From a virus: 64,000 nucleotides of DNA. Below, piece by piece: positions 52,162 through 60,644 of the stretch; within the stretch, counting starts at the first letter, position 1; each line of letters starts with the position of its first letter. The stretch spans positions 1-64,000 of IMG/VR virus record IMGVR_UViG_3300027850_000003, one strand, 5' to 3'. The notes under the pieces are model-generated. The model was not told the origin of the DNA, did not search any database, and worked only from the letters and a program-made list of their open reading frames with translations. Made by a program: the position numbers and the translations under genes.

Positions 52162-55080
52162 TTAGCAGTGATTCAAAGCGTATTCTAACGCCTCTAGATG
52201 GTTAGTTAGGTTTTGGCTTATTGACTCTCTCCAGCTAGGTATGACTGTATCAAGTTTATGCTCTAGAGTGTCAATTGATAGCTGTAACAAACTCTCTATT
52301 CCCACGTTAGGCTGATAACTTTGGAAGATATCTATTAGCTGAATCTTGACTCGATAGTTCCAAGTCTGAGCTGAAGTATCTAATAAACTCCACGGTGTTA
52401 GAAGTACACCATCTGAAGTTCTAAAACCTATCTTGAGATTAGATAAAATATGTAGCTCATCAATGAATGCCCCCCAAACTATTTGCGAGTGATGTCCTCT
52501 AGTTTTGTAGTGAATACTAGCCAGTAGATCCCCAGGGTTTTTACAACTGAGAACTACTCCAGCTAACTCTAACTCTGCCTCTGATTTTGCCCATACTTTC
52601 CAGTTTTTGATCATTGCATCGAATAAAATCTGATTATCGTGTTGATCGTAAACCTCAAGAGTTAAGAGATTGACCAATTTTCCTATATTTACCTCCGAGT
52701 TTGAAGTATAAGGAATTGTGAACTTTTTAAACTCTTTTAGAACTTGTGGCAACCCTTTTGAGTTACCCGTGAACCCTAATAGATCCTTAGTAGACACTGT
52801 TTGAGTCGTTTTGTTTTCTCTCTCTCTTGAGAATAGTCGAACATTATTGTTGATAAACTTTTGACAAATAGCGTTTAGATCGCTTTGTGTTTTTTGAAGT
52901 AGATCAAAGTCTTTTCTCTCATTAGTACACTTAAGGAATGACTGCAAGTTATCCAGAGAAAAACCTAGAGATGATGAGACTTTGACTGGTATCTTACCTT
53001 GCCGTTCCTTATCTCCTATAGGTTTAGTGATTGAGATTAATTGGCGTGTTTGAATATCTCCGTTGAGATATATTTCAACTACTAGCCGTTTGTCAGTCCT
53101 AACAATCATCTCTGACTCGGAGTTAGTAAATGATTTGTCTACTTTCTCACCTTCCTTTAACCTCTTTTTGTAGAATGGGTATACAGACATTAGATGCGCT
53201 TTAATCTCATCATTAGTAGGATAATCTTCCTTAAAGTGCTTTGAGAGTATTTGTGGGATACGTCTCAACCAATTTATCACTAAAGGAATACTAGATCGCC
53301 GAGTAACTCTCTCATCCCCTAAGACTGTCATCGAATAGGTGGGCTTCTCAGTTTCTACTGTCTCAACTATCTTGATGTTGCCGAGTACATGGTATCGGTA
53401 GTAATTATCAGAGTAGCTAGATTCATGCTTTATGTAGTTCTCATTAAGCACAGATCGTATTGATTGTGTTGCTCCTAGAACATCTGTTTTATCAGGTTTT
53501 ATTCCTGATTTGATGTTAGACGTTAGTTGGTCTAATTGAGAGATGATTAGATTGACATTAGTATTAGTGTTTTTTAACTGCACTAATTCAGTTATCTGCT
53601 TAGCTATATGCTCTAACAAATCCCTAGATGGGAGTTTATCAGAAAGATAAATGGTTAAGTCTAATGGATTAGTCCTTATTGGCAGTGCGATTAGTTGCCA
53701 TTGTTGATTAGACTTCTGTACTGTTAAGATACATGGGACGTTTCCTAAGATTGTTCTTAACTGCAATTCGTGATTGTTAGTCCGGGAACCATCGATCTTG
53801 ACTGGTTTAGGTTCTACTCTCTCTGTGATTGTGGCAGGTTTGGGGGGTGATGCGGGTAAATTAGGATGATCAAAACCTTTAAACCATACCGGGGAAACTA
53901 GAAATTTTTCTTGTACTTTGTTTGCAGAAGATACATCCACTTTCTGATTTACACTATCAAGGTATCTCAGAGACTTTGAGGTTTCCCAATGATTAGAATC
54001 TTTATCCATTGGGGATAGGTGTTCTAGACCTATTTTCCACACAGAGAGATCCGGGAATATTTCAGGATCAGAAACTATTGGGTGTAAGTTATGCTCGTTA
54101 GAATCTTTGTTGAAATATGCTAAATGTCTACTCTCCGGGTCAAAGTATGCTATTTTACTCATCCCCTGCACCCACCTACTATCCACTTTCTTGAGATAGG
54201 TTTGGCACAAAAAAGTTTTTTCTTTCTCCTGCACTTTGATAATAGACGGCTCTAATAATGATGCATAGATAGGAGCCGACTCTCTCCCATTTCTTTCTAT
54301 TATCGAACCTTTGCGGTTTTTGATTTCTGCGATTTTCTGTGAGCGATGCACTACTTTTCTCAAATTGCCATCTTGATTGACTTCATAACTTACCGCCGGA
54401 TAGCAGTAAAGAGTCACGGCGTTATATTTTCCGGTTTCTAACTCCCTAATAAAATCTGACTTTTGCCCGGTGGCAGACAGTAAAGCGTTAAGGAATGGCT
54501 CGATGTCCTCATACTTTAAGATTGTTGGGATCTTGACGATCCTGTTTTCTGAATCTTTTTGCCCCATGAAGATAGGGATAGAAAGAGCTAAGTCTTCATC
54601 ATCATCATCATCAGAATTACCAGTTACTGGATCTGAAATCGTTGATTGCTCGACTATCTCAGGTGGATCAATAGGTTCCGAGTCAAAATCATCACTATCA
54701 CCATCATCATCTGAGAATAAATCACTAATCAGTCCGGAGGATACTTTTTCAGTAAACGGGGCAACAGGTGTAGTCTGATTAACCTCTGCTACTTTTTGCG
54801 GTTCATTTATACCTCCGAATAGACCAGTCTCAACACTAAACTCAACATCAACCTCAGCACCATAAATTTGTAATAGCTTTACGTCAGGCAATCTCCCTAA
54901 CGCAGTTCTTAGCTCAGAAATTTTAATCACTCTGCAAGTATCAAAAACTCTTAAAGCTTGACGATCCCATTCATAAACAACACTCTCAATCGTGAAGGTG
55001 AGTAATAGAGGATACTCCGTAAATGCAGATTTCAGAAGATTAAAACCTTCAATCTTATCTTTGATTTTGGGATTGTACAT
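52162..55080 (-). CDS. Large hypothetical early protein (972 aa)
   Basis: Long ORF with GGAG RBS; acidic linker near aa 120-165; no recognised motif. Confidence 0.7.
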   Translation of the reverse strand: MYNPKIKDKIEGFNLLKSAFTEYPLLLTFTIESVVYEWDRQALRVFDTCRVIKISELRTALGRLPDVKLLQIYGAEVDVEFSVETGLFGGINEPQKVAEVNQTTPVAPFTEKVSSGLISDLFSDDDGDSDDFDSEPIDPPEIVEQSTISDPVTGNSDDDDDEDLALSIPIFMGQKDSENRIVKIPTILKYEDIEPFLNALLSATGQKSDFIRELETGKYNAVTLYCYPAVSYEVNQDGNLRKVVHRSQKIAEIKNRKGSIIERNGRESAPIYASLLEPSIIKVQEKEKTFLCQTYLKKVDSRWVQGMSKIAYFDPESRHLAYFNKDSNEHNLHPIVSDPEIFPDLSVWKIGLEHLSPMDKDSNHWETSKSLRYLDSVNQKVDVSSANKVQEKFLVSPVWFKGFDHPNLPASPPKPATITERVEPKPVKIDGSRTNNHELQLRTILGNVPCILTVQKSNQQWQLIALPIRTNPLDLTIYLSDKLPSRDLLEHIAKQITELVQLKNTNTNVNLIISQLDQLTSNIKSGIKPDKTDVLGATQSIRSVLNENYIKHESSYSDNYYRYHVLGNIKIVETVETEKPTYSMTVLGDERVTRRSSIPLVINWLRRIPQILSKHFKEDYPTNDEIKAHLMSVYPFYKKRLKEGEKVDKSFTNSESEMIVRTDKRLVVEIYLNGDIQTRQLISITKPIGDKERQGKIPVKVSSSLGFSLDNLQSFLKCTNERKDFDLLQKTQSDLNAICQKFINNNVRLFSRERENKTTQTVSTKDLLGFTGNSKGLPQVLKEFKKFTIPYTSNSEVNIGKLVNLLTLEVYDQHDNQILFDAMIKNWKVWAKSEAELELAGVVLSCKNPGDLLASIHYKTRGHHSQIVWGAFIDELHILSNLKIGFRTSDGVLLTPWSLLDTSAQTWNYRVKIQLIDIFQSYQPNVGIESLLQLSIDTLEHKLDTVIPSWRESISQNLTNHLEALEYALNHC

Positions 55081-55109
55081 TTTTCTCCGATGCCTTAGTA
55101 ACAGGCTAT

Positions 55110-55164
55110 GGCTAACTAGGGAATTGCACCTTAGTGATGGGCTTTATTTATTTACCTAATAGCC
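55110..55164 (-). ncRNA. Mini tRNA-like element 7
   Basis: GGCTA/TAGCC; CTAAGG-TGCAATT-CCCTAG. Confidence 0.6.
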
Positions 55165-55595
55165 GTTAGACTACAAGCCTTTGATTTGTTCTAAGTAGAT
55201 CGAAAAATCATCCTGTTGTGCTTTGTTTTTCTCTATTAGCTCTTTCAAAGATGCTAGAAGACCATCAATAAAATTACACCTTTCAGAGATAGGGAGCAGG
55301 TCTCCGTTATCCACCAGCCACGGTAAATTTACTATACCGTCATCAGCTTTATAGTATATTCCAACTTTCCCATCGTACTCTAATAAAAAATCTCCCTCTA
55401 AGCTATCTCGTATGTAACTCTCGACTTCTGTGTAAAGGATCTTTTCGATGACTAAATCAACTAATTTCTCAAACTGATTTTTGGTTAGTGACATGATTTT
55501 CTTTATCTTTCTAACGTGTTTTCTCAGTCAGTATAGATCACTTTTTAAGTAACCTATATTTGATGAGATGTCCTTAGTTACCTCGGACGATTGAG

Positions 55596-55883
55596 TTATG
55601 GGAATAGTCTATTTGACTCTGCAATTAAAGAGATAAGCTCAACAGTTTCAAATGTCCTTTGAGATTTTTCACTTCCTAGTGAGATATAATTGAAATCTCT
55701 GTCACATATCAAATCTAAATACTGAATAGAATTAGCACGTATTCCGACTTTACTCATTGTTACTATCTGATAAGCGTTCCCATTGGTGAAGTGTTCAGTG
55801 AATGTCACAACGTCCCAATCGCGGAATAAATCAGGTGCATCTTTAACTGTGGAAGCTACTGTGTACTGTGTTTGAGTAGTCAT
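55596..55883 (-). CDS. Hypothetical protein (paralog of 56800..57414 N-terminal half)
   Basis: MTTQTQ.TVASTVK and DLICDRDFNY shared. Confidence 0.65.
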   Translation of the reverse strand: MTTQTQYTVASTVKDAPDLFRDWDVVTFTEHFTNGNAYQIVTMSKVGIRANSIQYLDLICDRDFNYISLGSEKSQRTFETVELISLIAESNRLFP

Positions 55884-55926
55884 TGTGTATCCTTTGTGTA
55901 AAAGTCACCCGGAATTAGGTAACAAA

Positions 55927-55976
55927 GCTCTAATCAAGACTTTCACTTGATAGTAAGATATAAGAACCTATAGAGC
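55927..55976 (-). ncRNA. Mini tRNA-like element 8 (TTCTTATAT subfamily)
   Basis: GCTCTA/TAGAGC; TAGG-TTCTTATAT-CTTA; ATCAAG-TGAAAGT-CTTGAT. Confidence 0.75.
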
Positions 55977-56229
55977 AGTTAGACTTAGTAATTTTCCGTT
56001 TCTACGGTAATCTTGAATCCCACTACCTTTAGATACATTTTGAAGTGCGATTTCTCAACACCTTTACCTCCTACATCTACAAAATTACTCTTATAGTAGA
56101 CGTTGAACCGCCCATCATCAGTGTACATTCCCACATTCAGTGCATCAGAAAACAAGTCGATAGAACCGTTAGCAGTTACGATTAATGTCATGGTCTTAGC
56201 AGCTAGTCGGTAAAGAATTACTAGCAACA

Positions 56230-56290
56230 CTCTTTCTAGGAGTCGAACCTAGATCAAGCTAACCCGATTATTTAATCGTATAGCAAAGAG
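56230..56290 (-). ncRNA. Mini tRNA-like element 9
   Basis: CTCTTT/AAAGAG; CTAGG-TTCGACT-CCTAG; extended middle arm GCTA..CGATTA/TAATCG..TAGC. Confidence 0.7.
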
Positions 56291-56743
56291 AAGAAATTAG
56301 ATGCGGGGATAATTTTGTATATCCGTCTCGCAGAACTCTAGGTATTCTACACTATTTAGCTCCACCTGCTCGTTGTAAGCAGCGTTTGTATCCGAGATAT
56401 GCTCAGGTTGTTTAGTAACAGGTTTTACTAATTTAGCTTTGGGATTGCGTGTGCGTTGTGTCGCTAGGTTTCCCCAGCTTACTACCTCAAAGTTTGGTTC
56501 GATCCAGTTCCCCCAGTCACTTTTATTAGTAGAGCCAATTGGAAAGTGAGCCGGACTTTGACTCGCCCACAGTTTAGCTTGACCTATTGCCTTTACCTCC
56601 GACAGGAAGAAGCTAACAGTGATCCCGCCTGGATTAGGTACACTCCAGAACTCATTAAGATTGACAGAAGTGTTAATTGTGTTAGTGGTAATCATGGTAC
56701 AAGATAAGCTACATGGAATAAGAAATTTCTCATATAGCTAATT

Positions 56744-56792
56744 CCCCAAATAAGACTTTCACTTAAAAGACAGATATAAGAACTGTTAGGGC
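56744..56792 (-). ncRNA. Mini tRNA-like element 10 (TTCTTATAT subfamily)
   Basis: CCCTA/TGGG closing; ACAG-TTCTTATAT-CTGT (covariant); TAAG-TGAAAGT-CTTA. Confidence 0.7.
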
Positions 56793-56799
56793 GGTTGAG

Positions 56800-57414
56800 T
56801 TAGATGATAAAACAGAACACGTTACGGATGAACTCAACACTTTTCATTTTCTCTCCGTCAATTTTCCCGTAGTGGAATAAAGCAGAACATAACCTATCAT
56901 CAATTTCACCTACACTTCCTCTGAACGCTCCTAGTATTCGCCAAAAGCAGATACTTACTACACAATCATCATCACATTGAATGTGGATTATAGCATCTGA
57001 TATTGGGTGCAAACCTTCTGCACGGAATACCAAGTTACCTAGTGAATATTGCAAGATTTTGGCTGATGAGTCTAAGACTTGTTCCTTCAAGGATTGACTT
57101 TTGATCGTACCCGTAGCTGACAAGGTTTTTACCTCATAATCCAGTTCCCGTTGCCTGATGCTTTCTAGTGCGTTATCTGATGCTGAGAGATAATTGAAAT
57201 CTCTGTCACATATTAAGTCAGTAAAGTGATTAGAGCTGGCGCTCAGTTCATTTTTACTCGTCACTACTATCTGGTAGATACCTCCGTAATTAGCAACATA
57301 TTCAGTCGATGTTACAACGTGCCAACTCGAAAATAGCTCAGGTACGTCACCTTTAACTGTAGAAGCTACTGTAGGCTGTGTTTGAGTAGTCATGTGCTTT
57401 CTCCGATAAGTCAC
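56800..57414 (-). CDS. Hypothetical protein (paralog of 55596..55883 with C-terminal extension)
   Basis: Shared N-terminal domain; true start probably ATG at 57393. Confidence 0.6.
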   Translation of the reverse strand: MTYRRKHMTTQTQPTVASTVKGDVPELFSSWHVVTSTEYVANYGGIYQIVVTSKNELSASSNHFTDLICDRDFNYLSASDNALESIRQRELDYEVKTLSATGTIKSQSLKEQVLDSSAKILQYSLGNLVFRAEGLHPISDAIIHIQCDDDCVVSICFWRILGAFRGSVGEIDDRLCSALFHYGKIDGEKMKSVEFIRNVFCFII

Positions 57415-57432
57415 CCGGTATTAGGTAACGAT

Positions 57433-57483
57433 GCTCTAGTTAAGATTTTCACTTAACAGTTAGGATATAAGAACCTATAGAGC
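57433..57483 (-). ncRNA. Mini tRNA-like element 11 (TTCTTATAT subfamily)
   Basis: GCTCTA/TAGAGC; TAGG-TTCTTATAT-CCTA; GTTAAG-TGAAAAT-CTTAAC. Confidence 0.75.
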
Positions 57484-57920
57484 GGTTGAGTTAATCCTTT
57501 AGACGATCCATGATGTCATCTTTTGTCATCCAAGCTTGATACATTGAGTCTAACTTAGAATGAATTCGGCAACCTGTACTGATAAACTCTTCCCCGTCCT
57601 CATCAAGGTGAGACTGGAATGAGAAACCGCACGATGATTTAAAAATGCAATGTACCAGTTCCCCGACGATGTAGGGAGTGCCAACTACTTTTAACTGCCA
57701 CCGGATCGAGTTTGGATTACCGAGATAGTCAAGAGTCTCAAACTGAAAACCCGCATCGACTAAGTTGTGCTCAATCTTTAGTGCCTGTGAGACTTGGGTT
57801 AACAGTTCAGCAACCTCTGGGTTAGAAGAGAGATACTGTTGGCAGAATGCAGTTTGTGTAATAGCCATTTGATTTTCTCCGTTTGTTGTGTGTAAAAGTC
57901 ACCCGGTAGTGAGTGACAAA

Positions 57921-57981
57921 GCTCATAGAAGGAATCGAACCTTCTTCTCTTGATTTGAGATTGTCCCGCACACGATCGAGT
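57921..57981 (-). ncRNA. Mini tRNA-like element 12
   Basis: AGAAGG-TTCGATT-CCTTCT T-arm; CTC/GAG closing stem. Confidence 0.6.
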
Positions 57982-58184
57982 AACTCCTAAGAGATTTTAG
58001 ACCGTGATTAGTAGGTGACTTATTTTCCCGGGCGGGCTAGATAACTATTATAGTAAGAACTTTTTAGCTCCTACCTAGCAACCTAGATCCGCGGGGATGA
58101 TTTGAGGTACGCAGGTAACTTAGCGATCTCTTATCTTTGATATCTCCTCCTGGTAACTTAGGAAGTGTGTTTCTTAACTCTTAT

Positions 58185-58213
58185 AATCTATCTTTTATCT
58201 CTTAGAGTGTCAA
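58185..58213 (-). promoter_or_regulatory. Sigma70-type early promoter
   Basis: TTGACA-17 bp-TAGATT pointing into the early region. Confidence 0.8.
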
Positions 58214-58345
58214 GTCTTTTTAAACTTTTCTCTTATAAGATTTTCTGATGGACTAAAGGTTAGAAGTTCCTTTTAGGCTTATGAAAGCTTTAAAGGTTTG
58301 GCGCGGTTAGAGTGCTGTGTGTGTCCTCCCCGTTTCCATGTATTT

Positions 58346-58374
58346 AAGATAACAAGTCTTTAGGGATGTGTCAA
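58346..58374 (-). promoter_or_regulatory. Sigma70-type early promoter with extended -10
   Basis: TTGACA-17 bp-TATCTT preceded by TGn. Confidence 0.75.
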
Positions 58375-58998
58375 GCCCTTAAGCGTGTTACTTTCAAACT
58401 ACTTTTCCACTACACGTCTCGGTATCTCTTAAGACTTCTAAGGTGGTCTATAGGGATATAGATAGATAGTACATTTAACGCTCCAGCATCGGTTGAGCAG
58501 GAAGATAGAGCCATCTGGTAGCATTCTGGTAAGGATTAATAGGGATAATATAAGCAATCCCATGTAGTAGTCTGATAATGGACTAGGGTTCCACTACTAA
58601 ATAGGGATAGGGCTTAGGTCTAGCTGAGATGGTAGCAGTCTATGGGAGTACAGGTATAGTAGACGCTCTCGAACCATTACACAGTCTATGGTCTAGGTTC
58701 ACAATCAATCGAACACCTATATATAAGGATCATAGGGTAGCAGATAGTTATCAGATGTCAAGTTAAAATATCTTATAGGTATAATGGATGGAATAGGGAA
58801 TGGTTATATGGAGGTATGTATATGATATATAAGTGAGAGTATACAATGTATAAGAGGCATATTTTGGGGATTTGTGAGTTATTACCCCCTTAACCCTATA
58901 ACAACTAAACCAAACCTAATAACAAATAACCACATTAAATATTAGTTTAAAATACCAAGTAGAATAAGAATAGAGAACATTAATAGTAGATATACAAT

Positions 58999-59673
58999 AT
59001 GGCATTTGAAAAGAAATGGGATTGGGAGTCAATCAGAATGGACTATATGATAGGAGAGATATACATTAATAAGAGTGGTTTAGAAACACATCGACCATTC
59101 ACCATCGCTCGACTATCTGAAAAACATGGAATTCCAAACCCTACAATAGCTGAAAGATGTAAAAAAGAAAAATGGGTTCATCAACGTAACCTATTAGACT
59201 CTCAACTAAAAAGAAGAATGACTGAAGGTAAAGTCACTTCTATATTAGGAGAAGCTAGTATGTTTGATAACTTAGCTCTTGCACAACTAGGTAAAACTAG
59301 CGAATTAGTAAACGCCTATTTTAAACAATATACTGATGTCTTAGCTAGGGACATTAACACTTATGAGTTAGAGTCAGAAGTATACGAACCTCCTAAGATT
59401 AATCCCAGAGACTTAAAGGATATAGTAGGAGTAATCAAAGAAATCCATACCTTATCCAAAGTAATAATGGGAACAGATACTCTCCAAGACAAACTAGAAG
59501 AGATACAAAATAAAAATAAGACTAAACAATTTAAACCCACTGAGATGAATGACAGGATCAAAAAACTCTTAGAGGAAAGACAACGAATGCAATCTATGAT
59601 GAGCCAAGAGAAACGAGCAGTTGAGGAAGTAAATATCTTCAACGTAAAAACAATAACTGAGATAGAATCTTAA
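58999..59673 (+). CDS. Probable terminase small subunit
   Basis: DWESIRMDY...TIARLSEKHGIPNPTIAERCKKEKW HTH pattern typical of TerS, coiled-coil C-terminus. Confidence 0.65.
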   Translation: MAFEKKWDWESIRMDYMIGEIYINKSGLETHRPFTIARLSEKHGIPNPTIAERCKKEKWVHQRNLLDSQLKRRMTEGKVTSILGEASMFDNLALAQLGKTSELVNAYFKQYTDVLARDINTYELESEVYEPPKINPRDLKDIVGVIKEIHTLSKVIMGTDTLQDKLEEIQNKNKTKQFKPTEMNDRIKKLLEERQRMQSMMSQEKRAVEEVNIFNVKTITEIES

Positions 59674-59683
59674 CCCTTAATAT

Positions 59684-59718
59684 AAAAAGAACTCCTTAGC
59701 TAAATACTAGGGAGTTTT
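59684..59718. terminator. Bidirectional intrinsic terminator
   Basis: AAAAAGAACTCCTTAG...CTAGGGAGTTTT between convergent genes. Confidence 0.7.
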
Positions 59719-60579
59719 ATTACTATAAGAGTTAAAAAAGGAGCTTTGAAACTATCTTAACTCCTATACTTTCCAGTTATCTAAGTTAGTAATATCTAAA
59801 TCATTAGTAGCAAAATGTTCAACTGCTTTATCAGTAGCTTTAGTAAAGTCCTGGTCAATGAAAGCTTTTATTTTATAAGACTTCTCACTATGCTCAATAG
59901 TTAAATAATTATGCTTAGAGTCTAATAGTGAAAGAGTTAAGAGGTATTTATTACAGAAGCTAGGTAGCTGCTTAGGAATAGCCACATAGCATGAACCACA
60001 CTCTTCAACGTTTCCCATTAAATTATTATTGAGATCAATCCATTGACATTTAGAGACTTTAACAGTAGTGATAGAAGGTTTAATAGTAAATTCTTTTTTC
60101 TCCAATTGAGCTATTGACTTTTTACTTGCTAAGTCAGTTTTTTCTATTTTTTGTTCAGGTATTTGGTAGCAGTATTCATAACCAGAAGAGAAGAAGGAGT
60201 CTAAATAGTCTACTTGAGTAAACTTATCGAAGTAGGAATGATTATAGATAATAATAGTACCAAATTCAGTATCAATCCTTTTCTTAATGTGGATGATATC
60301 TTCTTTATTACGGATTAGGAAATTAGTAAGTATTTGCTGAATCATTATTTTATTATTAATAGTTTTCTAGTTACTCCTTACATTATAGCAAGATAAGAGC
60401 TATTCTCCTAGCTACTAATATAGGAATGAGAGAACGAGTTCAGGCGAGAGAAAGAATGAGACTTAGTTACCTTGAGTTATTGGAAGAGTAGGATTCTTCC
60501 TTTTTTTACTGTAACTATACTTTTGGTTAGTCTATTATTTCAGATATTTTTGGAAAAACTTACAAAACTTATTTATTAG

Positions 60580-60610
60580 ATTCCATTTTTTACAGTAATT
60601 ATTCAGTATA
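60580..60610. repeat. Left copy of 31-bp perfect inverted repeat flanking helicase-like gene 2
   Basis: ATTCCATTTTTTACAGTAATTATTCAGTATA equals reverse complement of 62507..62537. Confidence 0.95.
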
Positions 60611-60644
60611 ATAGATATATAAACTAATAAAAAAGGTAATATCT

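Noticed and set aside
47027-57981. Canonical tRNA genes suggested by GGTTCGA T-arm motifs
   Set aside because: Elements are mostly too short, lack a proper anticodon arm and have no encoded CCA; reported as tRNA-like elements instead.
46990-58000. CRISPR or mini-CRISPR array near the Csx15-like gene
   Set aside because: Repeats are separated by whole genes, not 30-40 bp spacers, and vary in sequence.
58734-58761. Third leftward sigma70 promoter (TTGACA at 58756..58761)
   Set aside because: Best -10 is TACCCT at 16-bp spacing; too weak to call.
11739-59642. Short antisense or nested ORFs in the track (e.g. 11739, 16218, 18081, 20820, 23947, 31416, 34018, 37138, 38519, 39703, 42499, 49009, 54470, 59361)
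   Set aside because: They overlap better-supported genes on the opposite strand or another frame and show Ser/Leu/Phe-rich shadow composition.
60461-60478. Eighth copy of the GRRGUDACUAA loop hairpin (AAGGTAACTAA)
   Set aside because: Flanks do not form the closing stem.
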